Shown in pieces: positions 9,638 to 20,064 of a stretch of 64,000 nucleotides of DNA. The stretch is taken from assembly GCA_963719315.1 (NCBI GenBank), contig CAVRBU010000017.1, positions 104,922 to 168,921 of the forward strand, read 5' to 3'. The position numbers and the translations under genes were made by a program. Below the pieces are notes generated by a model. That model searched no databases. It had not been told where the DNA came from and saw nothing but the letters and a program-made list of their open reading frames with translations. The DNA is from an uncultured Planctomycetota bacterium. Lineage in GTDB: Bacteria > Planctomycetota > Planctomycetia > Pirellulales > Lacipirellulaceae. How positions within the stretch are numbered: position 1 is the stretch's first letter; every line of letters begins with the position of its first letter.

Positions 9638-10654
9638 CTATTTTCCCGCGCCGAGAATGAGGACGCCAAACTGGGCCGGACGACCGCCATGAGCGGGAAT
9701 GGTCGCCGGAATGTAGAACCGGCTCGTGGACGGATCGTCGGTGATCGTGGCGCCCGACTTTGCGGTCTTGAGAGTTTGTACGGCCTCGAACTTGCCGGGC
9801 GATGTTTCTCGAACGATCGTTGCCGTGCCATCCTCGCCATTGGAACTCACGGCGACGTTCAGTTTGGGGTCGAACGCACAGCCGTCGGCGCCCTTTCCGA
9901 TTGGAACCGTCGCCAACAGCTTACCGTTTCCGTAATCGACGACCGCCATTTTTTCATTCTCGCCGACCGAATACAGGCGATGGCGTGCAAGATCGATAGC
10001 CAGGCCGCTGGGAGTCTCGAGGGGCGCGAGGGGCCAGTGGTCAACTAGCTTCATCGCTTTGGTATCGATGACTTCGATTTCACTTTTGTCTTCGTTGTTG
10101 ACGAAGATTTTGCCGGCGCCGTCGGATCGCCCATATTCCAGCGCACCGCCGACGTGGATCGGGAAGGGCGGGGCGTCGAGATTTGCCGGATCGATCGCCA
10201 CCGCATCGCCGCCTTCACAGAGCGCGAACACCTTTCTGCTGGCCGGATCGTAAATAATCGGGTCGGGATTCGTGCCCCCTTCCTTGGGCATCGGGATCTT
10301 GCGAATAATTTTCAGGGTTTTGGTGTCGAAGACCGCGACGGCGTTTTCCTCGCCGCTCGTGATGAAGCCGATGTTCTTATCGGGCACGAACGCGATGCCA
10401 TGCGCATCTTTCAGCCCGCCGATTTGGCCAATTCGAGTTCCGCGCTTGGTATCCACCACCTGCACATGATCATTGCAGGCGATAAACAGGCGTTGAGCTT
10501 TCGGATCGAGAATTGGGTAGTCCCACTCGGTGGCGCCGCCGACTTGAAAGGTCTCGATGATTCTCAGTTTGGCCGCAGACGATTGCGAACGGGCAGATGG
10601 GGCCGCAATCGAGAACGATGCAAATGCGACGAGCAGAGTCAGACAGCGTTTCAT
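9638..10654 (-). CDS. YncE/YVTN-type beta-propeller, secreted
   Basis: Signal peptide from MKRCLTL; WDY..DP...RLFI, HGIAF, PDPIIYDP and VPIGKGADG repeats. Confidence 0.85.
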   Translation of the reverse strand: MKRCLTLLVAFASFSIAAPSARSQSSAAKLRIIETFQVGGATEWDYPILDPKAQRLFIACNDHVQVVDTKRGTRIGQIGGLKDAHGIAFVPDKNIGFITSGEENAVAVFDTKTLKIIRKIPMPKEGGTNPDPIIYDPASRKVFALCEGGDAVAIDPANLDAPPFPIHVGGALEYGRSDGAGKIFVNNEDKSEIEVIDTKAMKLVDHWPLAPLETPSGLAIDLARHRLYSVGENEKMAVVDYGNGKLLATVPIGKGADGCAFDPKLNVAVSSNGEDGTATIVRETSPGKFEAVQTLKTAKSGATITDDPSTSRFYIPATIPAHGGRPAQFGVLILGAGK

Positions 10655-10700
10655 GAAAACTCCACCAACAATCGTTGAAGATCGACGCCCGCACCGTGGC

Positions 10701-11399
10701 TCATTTGCCGGCCGCGGTCGTGAACGTGGTTTCAATGACCGAGACGTTCCCCGCGGAAGAAACCGTGCCGATCCCGAGCTGGCACTTGCCGCCGGGAATT
10801 AAGAACCCATCGGGCACGGAAAACGAGGTCATGTTAGCGGGAAGCTTGACCTCGATATGGGCCGAGGTTTTCGCCGGGCTAAGCTCCAGCGTGTAACCCG
10901 CGACGCCTTTGACCGGCGCCCAGGTGATTTTCAAATTCTTGGCCGGAACGTTCCGCGCGTCGGCTTTGGGAAAAACGAACGACGTGGGCACTGGCAGCTT
11001 GTGGCTTAAAGTGGATTTGCCTTCGAGCTGTTCGCCCGAAGACGTGGTAGCCGTAAATGTATACTGACCCTCGGGGTAGGCCTTCTGCAGCGCCGCAACA
11101 TCCGTGGGCTCGGGCGATTCGAAGTGAAACTCCCGGATCCCCATGGCGGACTTGCCCGGTGAAGTTAATTCGACAACCGCGTGTCCATCCGGCGCCGATA
11201 AAGTCAGCTTTGCCAGTCCCTCATCGCCGCCGATGGCTTCGAACACGGCTTCCACGTCGCCGTCGGTCGCGTTTTGCTCGAATCGAACGCTGACGTCTTC
11301 GAACGGTTCGGCCTTTTCCGCCGCGAGGGCAGGGATGGCGAGCACGCATAGCAACGAGGCAACTAACATCGATTGCGTTGTCATTGAGGAATCCTTCAT
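10701..11399 (-). CDS. Secreted hypothetical protein with C-terminal FN3-like domain
   Basis: Signal peptide; FEQNATDGD and ESPEP motifs; LKITWAPVKGVAGYTLEL resembles FN3; coupled to the RND stop. Confidence 0.7.
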   Translation of the reverse strand: MKDSSMTTQSMLVASLLCVLAIPALAAEKAEPFEDVSVRFEQNATDGDVEAVFEAIGGDEGLAKLTLSAPDGHAVVELTSPGKSAMGIREFHFESPEPTDVAALQKAYPEGQYTFTATTSSGEQLEGKSTLSHKLPVPTSFVFPKADARNVPAKNLKITWAPVKGVAGYTLELSPAKTSAHIEVKLPANMTSFSVPDGFLIPGGKCQLGIGTVSSAGNVSVIETTFTTAAGK

Positions 11400-14300
11400 T
11401 AAGAGGCGAAAACAGGCTGCCGCCGTTCCACGATCGTGGCATCCTCAGCGATCAATTCTGAAGTGCCTTGGCCGAACTGCAGGTACAGCGATGGCACGAC
11501 GAATAGATTGAGCAAGCACGAGGTGACCAGGCCGCCCAGGATGACGATGGCCATGGGATACTCGATTTCGTGACCGGGAATGTTGCCCGTCCAAATCAAG
11601 GGGACCAGAGCGAGTCCCGTGGCTAAGGCAGTCATCAGGATCGGCGAAAGACGTTCGACAGCACCGCGAAGCGCGAGATGCGGTCCAAAGACCTCGCCTT
11701 CGTATTTTTCCAGATGCTGGTAGTGATTGATCAGCATGATCTTGTTGCGAGCGGCAATGCCGAACACGGTGAGAAAGCCGACCAGCGAACCCAGGGAAAT
11801 AACGTCGCCAGTGAAGTATGCGGCCAGCAAACCGCCGACGAGGGCCGATGGCAGCGTCAGGAAGCCCAGAATCGCCAAACGCACGTTGCCGAACGATTCG
11901 AGCAGGATGAGGAACACGCCGATTACACCGCCGATCGCGAAGATCATCATTCGACGCTGGGCGTTCTGTCGCTCGGTATATTCGCCGAGAACCTCGGCGT
12001 GATAACCCAAGGGAAATTTGACTTTATCCAGGCGATTCTGAACCTCGGACATCACGGCGCCAAGATCGGCGGCGTCCACGTTGCCGCTGACATCAATCCG
12101 GCGCGAGGCATTGTCGCGAAAGACGACACTCGGCACCGGCGCGATCCGCACATCGGCGACATCGCCCAAGCGGACCTGGCCGTCGTGGGGCGTGTCGATG
12201 GGCATATTTTGAACGCTATTGACGCTATGCCGCGCGGAGGGAATGCTCCAGACGTTCACATCGTATGCTTTGCCGTCGATGAATAGGTCGCCTACTTCTT
12301 CGCCGGCCATCATGACGGCCGATGCCCGGCGAATGTCGCCCGGCTTCACGCCATAGCGCAGTGCGGCGGGAAGGTTGACTTTGACTTGAATCTCCGGCAC
12401 TTCGGATTGAAGCTGGACGTAGAGATCGACGATGCCGGGAATGTCTTTGATCGCTTTTTCGACTTCGTCGGCCTTATCGTGAATGCCCTTCAGATCGGGG
12501 CCAAAAATTCGAATGGAGAAAGTCTCCTTGGAACCCGAAAGCACCTCGTCGATGGTTTCGTTAAGATACGTTTCCACGTTATGGTACATTCCAGGATAAC
12601 CGGCTACGACCTTTTCGATGGCTTCGACCGTTTCATCGTAGTCCACGCTGGGATCGATGCTGATCCAATTTTCACCGAAATTGACGCCGGCGGTTTCGTC
12701 TCCCTGCAAGGCCTGCCCGATGTGGGAGCCGAAATTGCGCACGCCCGGAATCGCTCGCAGTTCCTTACTGACCCGAGCGGCCATTCTGTGCTCTTCGGCA
12801 ACCGAGGTGCCCGGTTTCGTGATCCAGTGCATGAGGAAATCCCGCTCCTTGAACTCCGGAAACAGCGATTCTCCCAGCAAAGGCAAAACGCCGATACCGA
12901 TCAGCATGACGAGGCCGGTGGCGAAAAACACCGGTCGGGGTCGCGCGATGATTCGCGCGAGCATCGGTTCATAGATGCGGTGCAGCCAATTCACCAGCGG
13001 CGATTCGCGCTGCTCGATCTTGGCATTGGCCAAGAGGATGTAGCACAGGGCGGGCGTGACCGTCAGGGCCACGACCATCGAGGCCATTACGGCCAATCCG
13101 TACGAGACGGCGAGTGGCTGGAAAAATGCGCCGGACAAACCGCCGATGAAGAAGATCGGAATCAACACCACGACGTCGATCAACGTGGCGTGAATGATCG
13201 CCTGGCGAACTTCGAGCGAGGCTTCGAGGATGATTCGGGCCGTTGATTTCTTGACGCCTTCCTTGCGGTATTGGCGCAAGCGGCGGACGATGTTTTCCAC
13301 GTCGATAATCGCGTCATCGACCACGACGCCGATGGCGATCACGAAACCGGCCAGGATCATCGTATTGAGCGCCGCGCCCTGCGCGTAAAGGACTAATGCG
13401 CCAGCCATCAATGAAAGCGGGATCGCCAATAGGCTAATCAAGGCCGTGCGCCATTCGAACAGGAAGGCGGCAATCACGATCATCACGAGCAGGCAGCCGA
13501 AGAGCAGCGCACGGGTAAGGTTGTCGAACGCCAACTGGATGTAATCGGCCGGGCGAAAAATCGTCGAATCGATTTGCAAACCGGGAAGACCGGGCCGCAA
13601 TTCATCGAGCGCCGCTTCCACACCGCGCGTCGTCTCCAGGGTGTTCGCCCAAGGATACTTTTGCATGACGAGCATCAGCCCGGGGCCACCGTTGATGACG
13701 GCGTCGCCGAAGAGTGGCCAGGTGTCGGTAACGACGTCCGCCACATCGCTCAAGACGAGCGGCGTACCGTCGGCCTTTTTCCGGTCGCCGATGGGCACAT
13801 GGGCAAGTTCTGCCGCGGATTTGAGAGACGAGACGGGCCGGATGTTGACCCGCTGATTGGGCGTATCGATGAAACCACCGGTGCCGATCATGGCGCCTTC
13901 GGAGAAGTACAAGATGCCCACGTCCAAGGCATCGGCGGTCGTCTCCATCACGTCGTCGAGGGTGACCTTGTGGGCCGCCATTCGATCGGGATCGACCCGC
14001 ACCTGGGGCATCTTGAGCTGCTCGCCCCAAATGCACACATTGGCCACGCCGGGCACGCGCAACAAGCGGGCCCGGATCGTCCAATAGGCCATCATCGACA
14101 TATCGGTCAGCGGGATCGAATCGGACGAGAGTCCGATTTTCATGAATCGGCCGGTCACGGAAACGGGCGGCATCATGACGGGCGGCGAAGCCCAGGTGGG
14201 CAACGTGGGAATCACCGTGGCCATGCGCTCCTGCACCAATTGGCGGGCCAGAAGCTCATTCGTGCCAGGCTTGAAGAGCATTTCGATCGCCGACAAGTCG

Positions 14301-14563
14301 CCCAGGCTTTTGGAACGCATGATGTCCAGGCCATCGACGCCCATCAGCGCCTGCTCCATCGGAACGCTCACGAACGACTCGACTTCCTCGGCGGACAGCC
14401 CCAGACAAATCGTCTGAATCTCAACGCGCGGCGGCGCGAACTCGGGAAACACATCCACCGGCATTCTGCCGAGCTCCGTGACCCCGAACAACATCATGCC
14501 AGCGGCGATCGCCAGTACGATGTACCGAAACTTCAGGCTTGTACCCACAATTGCTCGTATCAT
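11399..14563 (-). CDS. CusA/CzcA-family RND permease (subunit B)
   Basis: PVDVFPEFAPPRVEIQT, GLSAEEVE, TM4 GVVVDDAIIDVEN, ERLSPILMTALAT; 1054 aa. Confidence 0.93.
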   Translation of the reverse strand: MIRAIVGTSLKFRYIVLAIAAGMMLFGVTELGRMPVDVFPEFAPPRVEIQTICLGLSAEEVESFVSVPMEQALMGVDGLDIMRSKSLGDLSAIEMLFKPGTNELLARQLVQERMATVIPTLPTWASPPVMMPPVSVTGRFMKIGLSSDSIPLTDMSMMAYWTIRARLLRVPGVANVCIWGEQLKMPQVRVDPDRMAAHKVTLDDVMETTADALDVGILYFSEGAMIGTGGFIDTPNQRVNIRPVSSLKSAAELAHVPIGDRKKADGTPLVLSDVADVVTDTWPLFGDAVINGGPGLMLVMQKYPWANTLETTRGVEAALDELRPGLPGLQIDSTIFRPADYIQLAFDNLTRALLFGCLLVMIVIAAFLFEWRTALISLLAIPLSLMAGALVLYAQGAALNTMILAGFVIAIGVVVDDAIIDVENIVRRLRQYRKEGVKKSTARIILEASLEVRQAIIHATLIDVVVLIPIFFIGGLSGAFFQPLAVSYGLAVMASMVVALTVTPALCYILLANAKIEQRESPLVNWLHRIYEPMLARIIARPRPVFFATGLVMLIGIGVLPLLGESLFPEFKERDFLMHWITKPGTSVAEEHRMAARVSKELRAIPGVRNFGSHIGQALQGDETAGVNFGENWISIDPSVDYDETVEAIEKVVAGYPGMYHNVETYLNETIDEVLSGSKETFSIRIFGPDLKGIHDKADEVEKAIKDIPGIVDLYVQLQSEVPEIQVKVNLPAALRYGVKPGDIRRASAVMMAGEEVGDLFIDGKAYDVNVWSIPSARHSVNSVQNMPIDTPHDGQVRLGDVADVRIAPVPSVVFRDNASRRIDVSGNVDAADLGAVMSEVQNRLDKVKFPLGYHAEVLGEYTERQNAQRRMMIFAIGGVIGVFLILLESFGNVRLAILGFLTLPSALVGGLLAAYFTGDVISLGSLVGFLTVFGIAARNKIMLINHYQHLEKYEGEVFGPHLALRGAVERLSPILMTALATGLALVPLIWTGNIPGHEIEYPMAIVILGGLVTSCLLNLFVVPSLYLQFGQGTSELIAEDATIVERRQPVFAS

Positions 14564-14703
14564 AGCTGAAGACCCTCTCTAGTGGTCTGTCACGTCTGAT
14601 TCTGAGGTGAAGCCGAACTCGCTCGAGTTCAGTGGCTTGCTACGTAAGCTGGAATTCTTGCTAACTCCGCTGCCAACACTTGATCTCTGGCGTACGCCGT
14701 CGG

Positions 14704-15159
14704 TCACTCTTCTTCGAATTCTTGTTCAGATCCATATAGTTCAGCGGCGCCGACGGTCACGACGAGTGCGCCCGGATCGGGGCCGTTCGAGAGAAACGCT
14801 TTATCGCCATCGATATGTTCGATTACGATGGGATGGCGGACGAAAATCAGCGGCGTGGTGTTGATCCACGTCCAGGCGGCGCCCTCGGTATCGTAAAGGA
14901 CGGCGGCGTAGGGGATGACCTTCTGCTGCCCGCCGGCCGCTTGGGCCTCGGCAACGGGCGCCGTCTGTATGTCGAGCCGTTTGGCGGCGTTATCGGTTAA
15001 CGTCACACGCGCGGGTTCGGGACCCTCGAGGTGCTCGACTGTGGCCGGCTTGTTCTCTTGCTCTTCGTCCGCGGTCGTGTCTGCCGTCCGATTGCACGAC
15101 GCCAAAGGCAGGCAAGCGGTGAGAAATAACGCGGCGATCCAACGATGCTTCGTATTCAT
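14704..15159 (-). CDS. Lipoprotein, minimal RND adaptor (membrane-proximal domain only)
   Basis: Lipobox LASC; VTLTDNAAKRLDIQTAPV is joined directly to VIPYAAVLYD...VVTVGAAELYGSE, the N- and C-terminal segments of CzcB-like adaptors. Confidence 0.75.
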   Translation of the reverse strand: MNTKHRWIAALFLTACLPLASCNRTADTTADEEQENKPATVEHLEGPEPARVTLTDNAAKRLDIQTAPVAEAQAAGGQQKVIPYAAVLYDTEGAAWTWINTTPLIFVRHPIVIEHIDGDKAFLSNGPDPGALVVTVGAAELYGSEQEFEEE

Positions 15160-15192
15160 GATATCCTCTTGGTTATGTAATTGCTTAATTGC

Positions 15193-18100
15193 CTAATTGC
15201 TGATGTCGGAAGGAACTTCGTGCTCTGGAGTGCGGACTCGCGAAATGGCTTCGCGCATTTCTTCATCACTCAAACCGCTGGCGAGATCGGCAAACTCGAC
15301 ACCGCGGCCGGGACCGCAGAGCAAGAAAATGGCCGGCACGCCAAACAGGATGAACAACGTGGTAGTGATCAAGCCGCCGATCGTGACAATGGCCATCGGC
15401 CGCAAGGTCTCCAGGCCCGGGACGTTGCCCAGGAATAGCACCGGGGCGACGGCGAGCCCGGTGGCGATCGCGGTCGCCAGGATAGGCGCCATCCGCTCGC
15501 GGGCGCCGTATTGAACCAATCCGGGCCCAAAGGGCGGAATGCCGGCCGCTTCGATCGCATCGAGCCGGTGCCGCGGATCAAATTGTGCGCGGAAGCGGGC
15601 GACTTCGGGATCGAGTTGGGCGCTTCCACCAGCCGATGTGAGACGCTGGTAGTGTCGAATGAGCGTCAGGCTGCTGCAAACGGCAATCCCGAAGACGGCG
15701 AGCAAGCCGGCAATGGAGCCGAGCGTAAAGACTCCGCCCGTGCAGTAAGTGGCCAGCAGTCCACCCGCCAAGGCGGCTGGGAACGTCAGGAACGACAGGG
15801 AAGCCAGTCGCCAACTTCCAACGGCGGCTTGCAGCAGGAAGAAAATGCCTGCCGCTGCGGCCAGTGATACGGCCAGGAAGTGAAGGCGGGCTGCGCGGGG
15901 GACTGCGTAGTCTCCCACGACGCTGGCGTAGTATTCGAGCGGAAACTTCATTTCTTGAACGCGGCCTTTGATGTCGGCGACGACTTCGCCAAGGTCGCGA
16001 TCCTGGACATCGGACACGATATCGATATAGCGCTTGCACGCCTCATGGCGAACGATACTGTTCGTTGGAACAATACGGACCTCCGCCACATCGCCCAGCT
16101 TGACGTGCCCGCCATCGGGGGTATCGATGTTCAAATCGCGGATGCTGCTCAGACTGTGGCGCGTTTCGGGCGTGCTCCACACGACTACGTCGAAAACCTT
16201 TTGGTCCTCGAACAGACTGCCGACCACGATGCCCGAAAGCATCGTGACGGCGGCGCGACGCACATCGCCCGGCTTGAGTCCGTGTTCCTGTGCCGCCTTC
16301 AGGTTGACTTCCGTTTCGAGAGTTGCTTCCCGAATGGGGAATTTGATCCGTGACTCGGCGATTCCATCGATTCCCTGGATGGCTTTTTTGACGTTTTTGG
16401 CCTTGCTGCGGAGTACATCCGCCTTGTCGCCGTAAATCCGCGTGACGATCTTGTCTTCCGGTTCGGGAATGATGTCGCTGCTCTTTTCCCGGAGATAGGT
16501 CTGCACGCTGTATGTCAGGCCGGGATAACCCTCGACGATTTCTTTGATCGCATCGGCAGTCTGTTTGTAGTTGGCCTTCGGGTCGATATTGACCCACACT
16601 TCGGCCGAATTGACGTTCACCACCTGGTCGCCGCGGATGGCTCGCCCGATGTGGGCACCGACGTTGTTCACGCCGGGAACCGTTCGCAGCTCATTCCCCA
16701 TGCGGCCGGCGATGCGGCTCATTTCCGGATGCGATGTGCCGGGCATGGCGTTGAGGTGGATCAAAAGACTCAATTCGTGGAACGAAGGTAGCGGTTGCTG
16801 AGAGATAAGTGGCATCAACGCCAATCCCACGATTGTCAGGGCGCCAATGGCGCAGAAGGCCAAGCGGCCGTGCTGGACAAACCGGGCCAGGAGAGGTTCG
16901 TAAATGCCCTGCAGCCAACTCACGAGCCGTGAATCGCGGCGCTCGGTTGGCGCCTTGGTGAGGAACAACAGGCACAGCGCCGGCGTGACAGTCAACGCGA
17001 CCGCCGTGGAAGCGATGATCGCCAGGGCGTACGAAATCGCCAACGGCTTGTAGAAAGCGCCGGACGAGCCGCTCATCAACAGGATCGGCACCACCGCCAT
17101 AAGAACGATTGCGGCGGCGTAGATGATCGTGCTTCGCGCTTCGTGCGAAGCTTCGAGGATAATTCTCGCGGTCGAACTGATGCTCCGATCGGCACGAAAT
17201 TGGCGAAGCCGGAGAACGATGTTCTCGACGTCGATAACCGCGTCGTACACGATCACGGAGATCGCGGCGGCAAAGCCAGTCAGCACGATCATGTTGAACG
17301 TGGCGCCGGTCGAATACAGCACCAGTGCCGCCACCAGCAGCGACAGCGGGATGGCGATCAGACTGATAAAAGCGGTGCGCCACTGCAAGAAAAAGGCAAT
17401 CAGAGCCAATGCAACGAGGGCGAAGCCGATGGCAATTGCCCGAGTCAGATTGCCGAAAGCCGCCTCGATGAAATCGGCGGGGCGAAAGACTTTGGTATTG
17501 ACATCGATTCCGAGCAGACCGGGTTCCAATTCGGTCATGGCTTCTTCTACGCCGCGCGTTACGTCCAGCGTGTTGGCGCCGGGGAATTTTTCGATGACCA
17601 GCAGCAAGCCCGGACCTTTGCTCGTGAGTGCGTCGCCAATGAGGGGCTGATGGTCTTCGACGACGTTCGCCACGTCGCCGATGTGCAGCGAAGTGCCCTC
17701 GATGGGCACTTGCGCGAGCTGGTCGGGCGTAACGATCGGCAAAATATGGCGGATTCCGAGGCGTTGATTCGCGGTATCGATGAACCCGCCGGTGCCGGGC
17801 GTGGAGGCTTCGATGAACGATAGCGACGACACCCACAGCGCATTGCCGGTCGTTTCGAGAACCTTAAGCAGTTCGACCTTCTTTTCTTCCAAGCGCTTGG
17901 GATCGACTTGCACCTGGAGCTGCCAATCTCTCTGACCCCAGATCGCCACATTGGCGACGCCCGGCACGCCCATCAGGCGCGGCATGATGGTCCAGCGGGC
18001 AAGCACGCCCATCTGGATCAGCGGCACATCCTTCGACGACAGGCCAATCATCATGACCCGGCTCGTGGACGACATGGGCTGGAGCATCACGGGCGGTTTG

Positions 18101-18474
18101 GATACGTGCGGCATCGCATACGCCTGCGTCATACGCTCCGACACCATCTGCCGCGCCTTCATCAGATCCGTGCCCGGTTCGAAGAACAGCACGATCGACG
18201 ACAGACCGGGCACCGATTCGGAGCGAATCGTTTGCAGCCAGGGCACGCCGTTAAGCAGGTCTTGCTCCAGACCCACCGTGATCATTTGCTCGACTTCCTC
18301 GGCTGAAAGTCCGAGTGCCTCGGTTTGAACCTCGACATAAGGCTGCGAGAATTCGGGCAACACATCGACCGGCATGTTGCGAAGTTGCCCCACGCCGACC
18401 ACCACGACCAAGACTGCGATAACAACCACCAGGACCCGCAGTTGCATACTCGCGCCGACGATCCAACGCATCAT
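15193..18474 (-). CDS. CusA/CzcA-family RND permease (subunit A, degenerate proton-relay motif)
   Basis: Paralogue of 11399..14563 (PVDVLPEFSQPYVEVQT); TM4 reads SVIVYDAVIDVEN; start taken at MMRWIV. Confidence 0.92.
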   Translation of the reverse strand: MMRWIVGASMQLRVLVVVIAVLVVVVGVGQLRNMPVDVLPEFSQPYVEVQTEALGLSAEEVEQMITVGLEQDLLNGVPWLQTIRSESVPGLSSIVLFFEPGTDLMKARQMVSERMTQAYAMPHVSKPPVMLQPMSSTSRVMMIGLSSKDVPLIQMGVLARWTIMPRLMGVPGVANVAIWGQRDWQLQVQVDPKRLEEKKVELLKVLETTGNALWVSSLSFIEASTPGTGGFIDTANQRLGIRHILPIVTPDQLAQVPIEGTSLHIGDVANVVEDHQPLIGDALTSKGPGLLLVIEKFPGANTLDVTRGVEEAMTELEPGLLGIDVNTKVFRPADFIEAAFGNLTRAIAIGFALVALALIAFFLQWRTAFISLIAIPLSLLVAALVLYSTGATFNMIVLTGFAAAISVIVYDAVIDVENIVLRLRQFRADRSISSTARIILEASHEARSTIIYAAAIVLMAVVPILLMSGSSGAFYKPLAISYALAIIASTAVALTVTPALCLLFLTKAPTERRDSRLVSWLQGIYEPLLARFVQHGRLAFCAIGALTIVGLALMPLISQQPLPSFHELSLLIHLNAMPGTSHPEMSRIAGRMGNELRTVPGVNNVGAHIGRAIRGDQVVNVNSAEVWVNIDPKANYKQTADAIKEIVEGYPGLTYSVQTYLREKSSDIIPEPEDKIVTRIYGDKADVLRSKAKNVKKAIQGIDGIAESRIKFPIREATLETEVNLKAAQEHGLKPGDVRRAAVTMLSGIVVGSLFEDQKVFDVVVWSTPETRHSLSSIRDLNIDTPDGGHVKLGDVAEVRIVPTNSIVRHEACKRYIDIVSDVQDRDLGEVVADIKGRVQEMKFPLEYYASVVGDYAVPRAARLHFLAVSLAAAAGIFFLLQAAVGSWRLASLSFLTFPAALAGGLLATYCTGGVFTLGSIAGLLAVFGIAVCSSLTLIRHYQRLTSAGGSAQLDPEVARFRAQFDPRHRLDAIEAAGIPPFGPGLVQYGARERMAPILATAIATGLAVAPVLFLGNVPGLETLRPMAIVTIGGLITTTLFILFGVPAIFLLCGPGRGVEFADLASGLSDEEMREAISRVRTPEHEVPSDISN

Positions 18475-19094
18475 AGGTAACCTCTGCTTTCTTTCGACCG
18501 AGACATTTTCAACACCCGCTCGCATGGGGGTATCGATTTATAGTGACCGGTCTGCCGGCAAGTTACAAGAGTTTGCCGCGACCAACCGCGAACAAAAATT
18601 CAGCCCGCGTTCCGTTTATTCCGTTTGTGTCGGCTGCGAGTAATATGCGAACCGGGCGGTCTCGCCCGGCAGACAGAACCGAAAAAATACGCCACACAAC
18701 CTTCGCGGATACTGCTAATATGCACCGGAACTGGCACGATGTGCATAGTAATAACGCTCATAACGGTTAATCCGTAGTCATCCGGAACGTCCAACTACAA
18801 CCGCCCCCGATTCCAGGAAGAATATTTGCCAATTGCTGTCAGTTCGGTCAAAATGGACCGTAGCCAGTTCCCCATGCATCCAATTTGGGGGCACCGAAAA
18901 TGGTGGGTATAGCGGTGCCCAAGGATACGCGGCTTACGAGTCGTTCCAATTCGCTGTTACGTCACGCAATTTCTTTTCAATGAGCTGTGAAAAGACCGCG
19001 TTCGTTGGGCAGGCGTTGGTTGATTCGTCCGCGGCCGTTTGAAGTTGAACCCCGATCGATTCGTCCTTTTCTTCAAGAGAGCCAGGTGAATACG

Positions 19095-19967
19095 ATGATT
19101 TGTTCGAAGTATGCTGTTGCGATTTCTGCTGTCTTTAGTTCGTTGGCAATTCTTGCTTTGTCGAGCGGCGCCAGCGCCGAACCACAACTTGAGAAGTTCG
19201 ACGCCAAGAATTTCGATCGCTCGACGGTGATCGATAATGAGTGGTTCCCCCTCAAGCCTGGAATGAAATACATTTGGGATGGCTATGCCGTCGACGAAGA
19301 GGGCGATGAGGAAGCTCATTCGGTTACGTTTGTCGTCACCGATTTGACTAAAGAGATAGCCGGCGTGCAGACGGTCGTTTGTTGGGAGCGGGACTTCGTC
19401 GACAAGGAAATGGAAGAAGCGGAAATCATGTTTTTCGCGCAAGACAAGTCGGGCGATGTGTGGCTTCTTGGTGAGTACCCCGAGGAATACGACAATAAGA
19501 AATTCGACAAGCAAGCCAGTTGGATTCACGGCATCAAAGACGGCCACGCCGGCATTCTTATCAAAAAGGATCCCAAGCTCGGCATGACGTATTCCGAGGG
19601 CTGGGCCCCATCGGTGGAATACACGGACATCGCGACGATTTACAAAGTTGGCCAAAAGGTGAAAGTTCCGGCCGGAAACTACGATGACGTCATTGTTGTG
19701 GATGAGTCCGACCAAGAAACAGTCGGTGCGCATCATCTCAAGTACTATGCCCGTGGGACGGGTGTCGTTCATATTGATTGGCGCGGTAAAAAGACCGATC
19801 AGGAAAAAATGGACCTCATTAAGGTCGAAAAGCTCAGCGCCGAGGAAATGGCTAAAGCCAATGAGGCTGCGATGAAATTAGACAAGCATGGCTACGAAGT
19901 TAGCAAGGACGTCTACGCATTGACGAAACCGGTGGAGAGCCCGAAAGCGCCGGCAGCTTCGCAATAG
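19095..19967 (+). CDS. Secreted conserved hypothetical protein
   Basis: Signal peptide; IDNEWFPLKPG, FAQDKSGDVWLLGE, VPAGNY and KYYARGTGVV motifs. Confidence 0.75.
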   Translation: MICSKYAVAISAVFSSLAILALSSGASAEPQLEKFDAKNFDRSTVIDNEWFPLKPGMKYIWDGYAVDEEGDEEAHSVTFVVTDLTKEIAGVQTVVCWERDFVDKEMEEAEIMFFAQDKSGDVWLLGEYPEEYDNKKFDKQASWIHGIKDGHAGILIKKDPKLGMTYSEGWAPSVEYTDIATIYKVGQKVKVPAGNYDDVIVVDESDQETVGAHHLKYYARGTGVVHIDWRGKKTDQEKMDLIKVEKLSAEEMAKANEAAMKLDKHGYEVSKDVYALTKPVESPKAPAASQ

Positions 19968-20064
19968 GTAATCAGTTGCGGCTGCCAGAGGTGACGACGG
20001 CTTTCTCGAGGTAATTCTCGAGGTAAAATGTATGATCGCAGCTTTCAAGGAATAAGGAAAAACG

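Noticed and set aside
18732..18746. Sigma-54 promoter (TGGCACGATGTGCA) in the divergent intergenic region
   Set aside because: GG-to-GC spacing is 8 nt rather than the required 10.
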